Shown one piece after another: positions 23,641 through 39,600 of a stretch of DNA of 64,000 nt (its first letter is position 1; the number at the start of each line of letters is the position of its first letter). This DNA is from Hormiphora californensis (taxonomy: Eukaryota > Animalia > Ctenophora): NCBI GenBank assembly GCA_020137815.1, contig CM035351.1:496001-560000 (forward strand), written 5' to 3'. The translations under genes were made by a program, and so were the position numbers. The notes below the pieces were generated by a model. It was not told the DNA's origin. It was given only the letters and a program-made list of their open reading frames with translations, and made no database searches.

Positions 23641-23737
23641 CCCTCTATCACTCTCTCCCTCTATCATCCTCTCCCCCTATCACCCATCCATCACTCTCCT
23701 CTCTCCCCAACACAGGACGATAGATGACGATGTGACG

Positions 23738-28579
<4,842 letters not shown>

Positions 28580-29333
28580 ATCAAAAGCAGGGGGACATTT
28601 AGAGTCTTGTTATGAGATCTGATCAGGATTAAACGTAGAGTCTTGTTGATATACACGTGTAGCTAGAGACGGGGGTGTAGAAAGAATAGCACATGTGTTT
28701 GACATTGAGGATATAATTTATCACTGTTTTTGGTGTATGTTATGTTGTGACTTGTGACCTTCCCAAGTTGTGGGTTAGATTGTCGAGGCCAGAGGGTGAA
28801 ATTTGATGTGTCAGTGTTATACTACAAGGACGAAAATATAAAGCCAGATTTGGCAACACTGACCAAATTCAGTTAAACTTTACCGATGGAAAGTGACTGT
28901 GAGAGTTAATTTTACCGAACGTGACTGAGGAGATCTTTGCTGAGTCTTTTATTGTGTAGAAGTATAATATTGCTTGATAATTGACATACATCCAAATGCG
29001 TGTACTAATCTTCGTCTTTATGTTCCAAAGTCCACTGATGTCTGTACGTAGCGCGCCGAAATCTGTTAACTTCTTTACAAATGCAACGGCGCGCTCTGCA
29101 TTACGCCGCGCGAAAAGGGTAACATCAAAAAATCAGATTTTTTAAAAACTGGTCACTTTTTTAACTTTTGTCGTCTGTGACTCTGTCCGTGTCTCTAGGC
29201 TTCTTCACTCTTGGCCAGTGCCTCCTTTAGTGACCCCAACGTGAGCATTTCTCTAGGACTCCTTCAGGCGACCTGAAATTAATCCTATAAAAGTTTATGT
29301 GTAGTCCAAAAATTAAGATTCGAAGTTGCATTT

Positions 29334-29555
29334 TTGATCATCGGAATAGGGGAAGTTTTGCGGCGGATAATCGGTAGAGCGGTCACCCAACATCTTAGAC
29401 AAGATATTATCCAATCAGCAGGCCCGTTGCAGCTAGCAGCCGGCCAGGAGGGCGGATGTGAAGCTTCTGTACATGCTATGAACGATTATTTTTCGAGAGA
29501 CAATACCGAGGGTATTTTGTGTGATGCTCTAATGCATTCAATATATTAACCGTAA
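29334..29555 (+). mobile_element. Fragment of non-LTR retrotransposon reverse transcriptase (CRE-like)
   Basis: IGIGEVLRRIIGRA...AGPLQLAAGQEGGCEASVHAM...EGIL, then frameshifted D.SNAFN.LNR. Confidence 0.7.
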
Positions 29556-29659
29556 ATGCTTAGTCTTTGTATTTCCCTTCAGTCATTTTACTTCTCAGGC
29601 TTCTTCACTCTCCCGTCAGCATTCGCACCCTCAGTCGACCTTTCATCTTCTCTGTCCAG

Positions 29660-31800
29660 CCGTTATGTTAGCGTTTACTGTCTCATTTTGACTCAATTAT
29701 CTATCTCTACTATTAGTATTATACGCTCTCTTACTATTATAACTATTACAACCCTTACTATCTTGTTTTCCCATTACCACTCTTCATCTGTTAGGACGGC
29801 AAGCAAGAGAGTGTTATCTCTTACTACTATATCATAACAATCATGTTCTCTGATTAGGACGGGAAACAAGAGAGTGGGAAGTGGAAGCAAAACAGAAAGC
29901 AGTACATCAAGAAACATTGCTGGTCCTCAACTGTTAAGAGCTTTAGTGTCGAGGTAGGTTCAGTTGTGTGTGTTTGGTGTAGTTTTGTAGCTGGAACCGA
30001 CTGAAACAAGTAAACAACCAATCAGAACTCGTTATTTAGGTCACGTGACTGGTTATCAGCCAATCAGGGACCAGTATTTCCTGATTCGGTCGATTCCTGT
30101 TTTGTAGCTAGACTTGCTACTGTAGTGATTTGTATAAACTGGCGATTTGCATTGTGATTACCTAGATAATCTAAGTGCTACATTGAGTTCTAGATACTAG
30201 GTGCTTTATTATCCCTGTTTATTTCCTTTTTAATTCCCCCTTTCCACTCAGGTGCAACGTGCAATGCAGGCAGCAACTCACGCTGGAAAGGAAGCAGAAC
30301 GAAAGTCCCTCACAGCCCTACAACGAATCGAGGGAGCCCGACGGGAGGGTGAGAGTGCTCGCCTAGCTCTCGAACAGGCCCGACAACACTGCACCATCGC
30401 AAAACAAAAGGCTAAGTGTGCCGCCCAAAAACCACTCAGGAGAAAGAACGTGAGGCGAGGTCTGCGGTCAATGTTGTCATGTGAAGACAGTATGAGTAAC
30501 GACAGTGGCAGCAGGTCCCGTATCAACAGTAATAGTAGCATGTCTGATGACAGCCCTGTTGAGGATATCCCAGTATTTCCTGAGAAGAAAGATAACTTGT
30601 CTCGCATCACAGAACAGAACAGTTTTGATCACAGTGATTATCATAGTGACGAGGATCAGGACCCCCCTGCCATTGTGGTTGATGGAGAGGTCAAGGAGGT
30701 ACTAGCTAAACTCCCAGCTATTGATGAGAGTTCTGAATGTGGGTCGAGGGGGTCGGTGGTGTCCAGTTATGTGTTCCGTAACGTTGAGAAGAGCATATGT
30801 GGAGCGGCCAAGACACCCGTTCTAATATCCCCCCTAGCAAGGAACATTGTCCAGCTTAGTGACTGTAAAATGAGTAGAAGTGGAGCAGGAACACCGTATG
30901 GGAGAAGTCAGCCTAGTAGTGTCGCTAGTTCTGCAGTCTCAAGAGTACACGGACTAGAGAGTGCGGAGATTTGAATCAAAATGGGGACATTTAGAGTCTT
31001 GTTATGATCTGATCAGGATTAAACGTAGAGTCTTGTTGAATTACACACGTAGCTAGACGGGGGTGTAGAAATTATACTGTGCTATAAATTATTTGTTTTG
31101 TTCAAACCTTTTTAGGGAGGGTCGAACAAGGCAATAAATTATAGCACATGTTTGACATTGAGGATATAATTTATCACTGTTTTTGGTGTATGTTATGTTG
31201 TGACCTTCCCATATTGTGGGTTAGATTGTCGAGGTCAGAGGGTGAAATGTGATGTGTCACGGCTGTACTACAAGGACGAAAATATAAAGCCAGATTTGGC
31301 AACACTGACCAAATTCAGTTAAACTTTACCGATGGAAAGTGACTGTGAGTCGTGAGAGTTAATTTTACCGAACTGAGGAGATCTTTGCTGAATCTTTTAT
31401 TGTGTAGAAGTATAATATTGCTTGATAATTGACATACATCCAAATGCGTGTACTAATCTTCGTCTTTATGTTCCAAAGTCCACTGACGTCTGGACGTAAC
31501 GCGCCAAAATCTGTTAACTTCTTTACAAATGCTACGGCGCGCTATGCATTACGCCGCGCGAAAAGGGTAAAATTTGATTTGAAAGATTTTTTAAAAGCTT
31601 GCCACTTTTTGCCACGTTTTTAAATTTTTTGCCACTTTTTTAATTTTTTTGTCGTTTATCAGTGTCTTTGGACTTCTACACTCTTTCTAGTGCCTCCTTG
31701 AGTGCCCCAACAAGAGCATTTCTCTAGGACTCCTTCAGGCGACCTGAAATGAATCCTAAAGAAATTTATGTGTAGTCCAAAAATTAGGATTCGAAGTTGT
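29660..31800 (+). repeat. Tandem segmental duplicate of ~27425-29330 (JPH exons 8-9, 3' UTR and RCC2 upstream region)
   Basis: Exon copies at 29858-29953 and 30252-30974 encode identical peptides; the flanks align. Confidence 0.92.
29991..30099 (+). mobile_element. 109-bp MITE with 8-bp TSD (hAT-like); partial copies at 50116-50183 (+) and 51058-51149 (-)
   Basis: TTTTGTAG|CTGGAACCGAC...GTCGATTCCTG|TTTTGTAG. Absent from the paralogous intron 27718-27856. Confidence 0.8.
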
Positions 31801-31873
31801 GTATTTGATTTTTTTTCCCCCCGTTAATTTGTGACTGAACCGGCTACCATTCCCTTCCCCAAGTTTCAAGAAT

Positions 31874-34800
31874 ATGGCGGCTGCTACTGATGAGATAGAG
31901 CCTTCTGCCAAGAGAGTTAAAGTAGACACTGAGACCGAGCCTGAGAAACCAGCGCCCGAAACATCTCCTGAAACCACTGAATCTGCTGAGACTGAAGAAC
32001 CAGCCAAAACTGAACCTGCCACTGAGGCTGTTAAAGAAGACGAAAATAAAGAGTCAGTCAAGGAGGATGCTAAGGAGGATGTTGAAGAAAAGGTGTGGTT
32101 TTGAAATGTTTATTCCCTTGAAGTAGAAATTTATAAAATATTATTTGTCTCCATGCGGCCATGACACACACTGTTCCATGTGTTGGCTTAGTTTAGGATC
32201 AGTTCCCTAAAAGTTATTCATTTATCATGTATTACAGGCGGCAGAAGAGCCTGCTGAGAAAAGTGGCGTTGTCCTGATCTGTGGGTCTATGAATTGGGAT
32301 GTAATTGGGAGAGAAAAGGCTCGGGTCAATGCCAGTAAGTTCTACATTTGTTATTGGTAACTTAGCGCTGAGTAGACCCCATACCGCACGGGTATGGGTA
32401 GCTATGCCCCTATCCTGTTATGTTGTTTTCTAACTGTTTCCCCTCCTTACTCTGCAACCCCTTGTTACCAATCTAACACCTTGATTCCCCTTCTAGAGCC
32501 AAGAAAAGTGGAGCCTGCGTGGAGCCCTCAAGTTATCAGTGCTCTGAGGGATGTCAGAATTACCCAGATAATAACAGGCAACCAGGCAGCACACTCCTTC
32601 TTCATATCTAATGAAGCCAAGTTGTACGGGCTGGGAAGGAACGAGTGTGGACAATTGGGAACTGGGACACTTAAGAGAATGGATCGGGCCAGTATTATCC
32701 CCTTCTTCAAGAACAAACAAGTGATCAGTGCTGCGTGTGGAAGGAATCACTCCATCGTCATTACTCTTGGTATGTGAAAAGGAAGGGAAGATTTGCTGTC
32801 TCCCTGTGTCTTATGACTTATCACCTAGCGGGCAGCGGCAGATGTGGTGTTCTGATGTTAGACATGTGTCCTGTGTCATTTAGCGGCTGTGATACGACTC
32901 TTCACGTTTTCCAGTAATGAGATCAGAGTGTGTAATTGTTTTATTCTCAATGCTAACTCTCATCGCCTCCAGGACAAAGTTTTGCAATGGGGGAGAATGT
33001 TATGGGACAGCTAGGTATTGGGGGTGAATCTGGTAAAGGAAAGAACATTGTTAACCCTCGACCTGTGGCTCTCAAAGAACAGCTCAAGATGGCCGCGGGA
33101 GGGCATGATTTCTCTCTTTTCCTCACAGAGGAGGGTTTCTTGTATAGTGCAGGGAGCTCAGAATCAGGTCAACTAGGAACCAATGATACTGGAGAATACA
33201 TTGACAACCGAAAGGTATTGTTTTCCATGTGGCCATATTACTGGGTTATAGTTTCTTTTACCCCGATTGGCGATTATTTTCCCTGTTTTTTTCCCTGAAA
33301 TCTCAAGAAGCTGACCTAACTTTCCTTTCAGACTTTGTTCTCAGCTCATGCAACACCAACCAGAATTCATTCCTTCTTTACATTGGATCCGAAAACTAAA
33401 ACGAAAGTGCGGATTCCACAAGTCCTTATTCGGCATGTCTCCTGTGGAATGCACCATTCGGTAATCAGACTTCCTCTCTCGATAAACATCACCTTCTGTC
33501 AATTTCCCCTCTGTTTAGCTCTTTAGCTTCATCTTGTCATATTCTATGATGAGTCATCCCTCATTCCGTCATTCATACTCTCTTTGTCCCACTGAATCCC
33601 TCTCCTCCTACCTCTCACACTGTATCTCTCTATCGCTTCATCTCCATCTCTCTCTCTTTTTCTTTAGATCATAGCCGTTATTGTTTAGCATATATCATGC
33701 CCCTCTCTGTATCTTCCCCTGCTGCTTGTGTTATACTGAACCCCTTCCCCACACACTTGATGTAACGCGCGAGGGTCTCCCTCACTTTGAAAGTTTGATC
33801 ACTCATTTCACCAGAACGCAAGGTGCTTTGCTGCGCGCACTCTTTGTCTCCCGCCTTTCCTTGTGTTGAATGTTTGATTGACATTGTCACTGCTTGCAAC
33901 TTCTTATCTCAAAGATAATCGTCTGATATATCATGATGTGTTTTCAGGCAGCACTATCCACTGCTGATCAACTGTTCACATGGGGATTTAACGGACACGG
34001 CAGATTGGGACACAAGACAACTGAAGATGAACTGATCCCAATGAGAGTGAACCACTTCAGGGTTACCGACAAGAATCAGTGTGTCAGGGTAAGTCATTAC
34101 TACTTCAACTAGTCAAGTTTTTAGACAAGTTAGCGTTACAATTACACAGAAGCATGTTGAACCCTTCCATTCCCTTCGCTAACCCCTCACTACTCCTAGT
34201 CCTCCCAAATAACCCGTCACTACCCAGATGGCCAAGTGTTCAATGGGAGGTGTGTTTGCAGTGAACAACATTGGTACAGTGTATGTGTGGGGTATGAACA
34301 ACATAGCCAGACTAGAGTGCCCCTATCCCATCCCTCTAGAGGATATGTACGGCTGGGATGTTCATGATATTGCACCCGCGTAAGTAAAATAGTTGTTTCC
34401 CGGCAGATGACGGTCTGATGTGTTAATTTACAAAGTCGTCCTCATGTTACAATCCCCTCATATCTTGCCCAATTATCTTATAGCGGCATCTAGGTGTTGA
34501 GTGTCGGTAAATCATCTAGCCTCAGGGTTCGATAGTCACACTTAAAATCCCCCTCCTTTTTTCTCTCACTCCTTAATACCTCACTCCCTAATACCTCAAC
34601 TATTCCCCTTAATAAATACCTCACACTCTCATACCTCTCTAAAACCTCCACTATTCCCCTCTCAGAAAGCAGCACCATGTGATAATTGCTGATAAATCGA
34701 GTATCGCCATGGGGAAACAAACCAAGGGAGAATTGGTAAGAGGGATATACTCATGAGTAGTGTGTTTGTATGTTCTGGTTCCAGTTCCCAGTTCACGCGA

Positions 34801-35235
34801 CCTAACTTCTCTCTCTCTCTCCTCCGCTAGTTCACTAATTTCTCTCCCTCCCTGACAGGGTATGGGTCCCAACACTAAGAGCTCCAGTCAATTGGACAAG
34901 ATGAACACAGTGGATGGAATACCAATGCTCAAGGTAAGGAGTTGGCTAGTTACCTAAGAACCTTAATTGGATAGCAGTACCTTGATTTCTCTCTGTTTGT
35001 AGCCCCTCCATGAATGTGGCCTCACGTGCAACCCCCTCATACTGGTTTGTTCCACCCCCTTCATAATTTGGTTCCTATCGTCCACCCCTCCTCTAATTCG
35101 GTTCTTCTCCCCAGTGTGCAGCAGGTATTGGTCATACCCTTACTGCTGGCTGATGATAGTACTGCAGAAGCAAAGAAGCTACTTGAGGGTATCGATGTTA
35201 ACGATGACTTAAAGTACCTACTATCCTGCAGCTAA
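31874..35235 (+). CDS. RCC2: RCC2 (TD-60)-like RCC1-repeat protein, multi-exon
   Basis: GVVLICGSMNWDVIGR; GNQAAHS..GRNECGQLG..SAACGRNHS; GENVMGQLG; GSSESGQLGTNDTGEYI; SCGMHHS; LFTWGFNGHGRLGH. Acidic N-terminus. GT-AG introns. Confidence 0.87.
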
Positions 35236-35873
35236 CGGTACCTTCTAACGGAGGGAGAGGTACGGTTTTCAATGAACACACGTGACAGAGAGAGTGATAT
35301 ACAGCCTTTTTAACCTATCTTAAACCACATACTCAATTATTATATTTGACTATTTGACCTACATATTCTTGAAGGTAGAAAACATTGAATGTGTTTTTTG
35401 ACTGAAGGCCACAAACTCCAATGAGTTATACCAAGAACAATTTGATTACAATATATCGAACTTTATTTTTACATGCCTTGTTATGCACCAAAGTGCGTCT
35501 ATACTAGGATATAATTACTTTAGAAGTGTAGAACTATATACAGAGCTTCACTTTTTACTTACCTATCCCTAGATACAATAGAGATCTTGTTAATTAATTA
35601 ATTAATTAGTTAATTAGTTAGTGTTATATACCCAATCAAACCAAACTGTTACCATGTTAATCAGTTTCAATTGAAACATGTTATAGCGATCTAAATAAAG
35701 CCTATCAGTTTGTTCAAATTCAAAAGATACACCCAAAAAAAACTAACATCTATAACATCTCGACAGATCCAGCTTTCTCTCAAATTCACTAGTACACAGG
35801 TGTAGCCTTGTGTGCCTCACGCCGTCATTAGATCAAGTGTATCCTAGCGCTGTCTCTCAAAGTCCCGGTACAC

Positions 35874-36632
35874 ATTGTCACATTTTACACGAATTCCACG
35901 GTATATTTCCCCCAGTTTGTCACATTTTACACGAATTCCACGGTATATTTCCCCCAGATTGTCACATTTTACACGAATTCCACGGTATATTTCCCCCAGA
36001 TTGTCACATTTTACACGAATTCCACGGTATATTTCCCCCAGTTTGTCACAGTTTACACGAATTCCACGGTATATTTCCCCCAGTTTGTCACATATTACAC
36101 GAATTCCACGGTATATTTCCCCCAGTTTGTCACACTTTACACGAATTCCACGGTATATTTCCCCCAGTTTGTCACATTTTACACGAATTCCACGGTATAT
36201 TTCCCCCAGTTTGTCACATTTTACACGAATTCCACGGTATATTTCCCCCAGATTGTCACATTTTACACGAATTCCACGGTATATTTCCCCCAGTTTGTCA
36301 CATTTTACACGAATTCCACGGTATATTTCCCCCAGTTTGTCACATTTTACACGAATTCCACGGTATATTTCCCCCAGTTTGTCACACTTTACACGAATTC
36401 CACGGTATATTTCCCCCACATTGTCACAGTCTACACGAATTCCACGGTATATTTCCCCCAGTTTGTCACATTTTACACGAATTCCACGGTATATTTCCCC
36501 CAGTTTGTCACATTTTACACGAATTCCACGGTATATTTCCCCCAGTTTGTCACATTTTACACGAATTCCACGGTATATTTCCCCCAGATTGTCACATTTT
36601 ACACGAATTCCACGGTATATTTCCCCCAGTTT
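35874..36632 (-). repeat. 39-bp minisatellite (~19 copies) containing the last codons and TAA of the upstream minus-strand gene
   Basis: Unit TTGTCACATTTTACACGAATTCCACGGTATATTTCCCCCAG; reverse strand reads ...WGKYTVEFV*. Confidence 0.93.
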
Positions 36633-39600
36633 TCCAGAATCTTTCTGATATACTCAAACTCTTCATCACTAAGGAGCTCTTTGGCCCACTTGTTAACTCG
36701 GAGTACCTCGGGGGGCTGGAGGGCTGAGGTGACGTCATGTTCCAGGATATGGGGTTGTACCTCCCCTGTTAATCCATCTGATAACAAGTCAGGTCCCTCA
36801 GATAGGCGCTCCTTTAGGTTGGTCAGGTTGCTAAGCGATAATTCATAACTCGCATCATTATCAGGGCACTCTTCATCTGGTATTCCATCTTCTTCTTCTG
36901 GAATCGGCGAGTCTACCTTGGCCTTTGTCAATTCAAGTTCTTCTGGCATCGCACTGTCCATTGGCGAGTCTACCTTTGTAACTTCAGGTTCTTCTGGCAT
37001 CGCACTGTCCTCGGTTACTATAATTGGGGAGTCGACCTTTGTAAGTTCTTCTGGTGTAGTTGGGGAGCCAACCTTTGTAAGTTCTTCTGGCGTAGTTGGT
37101 GAGTCAACCTTTGTAAGTTCTTCTGGCGTAGTTGGTGAGTCAACCTTTGTAAGTTCTTCTGGCGTAGTTGGGGAGTCAACCCATACTTCTTCCTCAACTT
37201 CTGTCGGTGTTTCCTCCTTCTCTTCAGGCCTTACTTCTGCTTCAGGTGAGGACCTTACTTTCATCACCAACTCTGGTATTTCTTGTTCCTCTCCAATGCT
37301 TTCATCAAGGGGCTCTTCAACGATTTCTGGTGTCGCTGCTACCTCTGGAGTCTCCACTTTTTCTGGTGTCGCTGCTACTTCGGGAGACACTTCTTCCCCT
37401 CCCTCTGGTGTCTGTTCACTTGATGATGGAGGTGGCTCCTCATATGGTACTGTAGTCTCAGGAATAGTTGGCCCAGGTGGTGTTGTCAGTACACTGATTA
37501 GATCCATTGCTGACTCAGTTGCCCACGAGAACAGAGATTGTGGGGGCTTCGAACCCTCTGGACTTTCTCCTTCTTGTGGTTGATCAGAACTGGTAGGTGA
37601 TGATTCTTCTACCGGTGGTTTCTCAGGGGAGCTCAGTGGTGAGGTCTCCTCCAGAGTAGTGGTCTGTTCCTGCAATGGTGGGATTGGTTCTGGGGTGACT
37701 TCAGTAGGTGGAGGGGGAGGTGGTGTCTCTGTTTCGGGACTGGATGTTATTTCAGGGCTTGGTGCTATTTCAGGTTCTATAAGAGGGCTGTCTGCTATTG
37801 CTTCCAGGTTTGGTACCTCTTCAGCTATTGCTTCGGGGCTTGGTACCTCTTCTGCTACAGGGCTTGGTACCTCTTCTGCTACAGGGCTTGGTACCTGTTC
37901 AACTACAGGGCTTGGTGCCTGTTCTGCTACAGGGCTTGGTTCAGATATCGCGTCAGGGGTAGTTGCTAGGCTTGCTTCAGGACTGGGCTCTGGTGTGATT
38001 TTTGGGCTTCCCATAACAACTAGGCTTGGCTGTGGACTACTCTCAGGACTAGGTTCACAGACTAGCACCTCAGGTTCAGGAGATGTCTTTGGGCTCGGTG
38101 TAGGAGTAGTTGGTGTAGGGGTAGTATCAGCAGGATCAGGGGTTGAACTGGCTGAACTTGGTATCAAGGGTTCTGGTAGGTCGGTGGGAGACTCCTCAAA
38201 CATATCCATTAGTTGGGCAGAAGGGACTGCTTCTGGGGTTGTATCAGGACTGGGCTCCGAGCTGGTGCCCGGCATCGGACTAGGCGCCTCCTCCGGGGTC
38301 AGATCGGGCGGAGGAGCGCCAAACACTTGTTTTGAGATCTCTATAGTAACTTCAGGAGAGCTTTCTTCTTTGGGGGAATCTTCTTTTTTAGGTGCTACAG
38401 GTTCTTCTTCTCCTGGTGGTGTCTTGGATCGGAGGGAGTTGAATAGGTTTTTAGCCCAGTCTATAACTGAGATCTCCGACTCTGGGCTGCTCTCGTACAC
38501 GATTTCATGGCCCTCTGAAGAAGGTTCTGAATCTGGTGTTATATCAGGAGACGGCTGTTTCTCTTCTTCTACTGCAATAAACAAAGACCCATCAGGAGTT
38601 GACTGGGGGCTGGGTTCTGGTTCAGGACTAGGAGTCGGGGTCTGCATTGGCGACTCAGTCCTTCATCACACGACAGCAATGGCGTGTAGACATTGGGAAA
38701 CGTTATCAGATCCACATTCTCCGTCTCCACGTCATTATCCCACGACTCACCGCTCAGGATATGGGCGAATAGGGACCGGACTCTCAGACACTATCTCCTT
38801 AAATTCACCGCTGTGACTCTCCCGAGACTCAATGATCCTCTCTATCGTCTCCAGGATGGTATCATCTGTCACCGTAGGTCCTCTCTCCAGAGGTAGCTCC
38901 GTTATCGTCACCGTGTTGTTGTCTATCCCCTGATGGTTCCCCGCCCTCTTGGTCATCCTCATATCGGAGTTTCACTAAGATAATCTCCTCAATCCTGGCA
39001 GTAAATTCATCCGTCTTCCTCCTGTTCGGTGGGGGCTGATTCATGAGCCAGCAGACCCGAACCCACTACTCCCATCGTCACCGAGGTTATCAATAAACTC
39101 TGAGAGGGAGAGAGAGTGTGAGAATTGGGATACGAAGATAATTACAAATGTTTAGCTGAGTTAACGTTGTGTGGCTCACACCGGATTTTATTTAATAAAA
39201 TGACGTCACAGAGCGAGCGTGCTGAGAAAACGCAGAGCTCTGTGAGGGTTCAGTTTTTACTATCCTTGATTTTGATCTACTGAACTTTACTAAAGTGAGA
39301 CAAGACCACCCACCTTGTATGGCGGCGCCATACCCCATTTGATTCTCAGTGCGCTCAGATGGGGTCGGCGGCGCCAGACAGCGACCACCCACCTTGAATA
39401 TCTGCCTCGTATTGTCGCATAGCAGTTGACAGGTTGAGGGGAGCTTGTTCCGAGCCTTCTGAAAATATGAGAGCATGCATGAACATCTGTGAAGACAACA
39501 CGAGAGAAAATGTAATTAGAAAAGTTCCTACCACAGCCTAGTAACTTAGAAAAGTACTGAAAATTCAGAGGGAAAATCAGGATCATACCTGACTGTTCTG

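Noticed and set aside
23115-23727. TDRQ/SVCL and SLSL/ERER ORFs
   Set aside because: Microsatellite translations.
35810-36727. 305/257/191-aa repeat ORFs (CHILHEFHGIFPPV etc.)
   Set aside because: By-product of a 39-bp (3n) minisatellite; no real start context.
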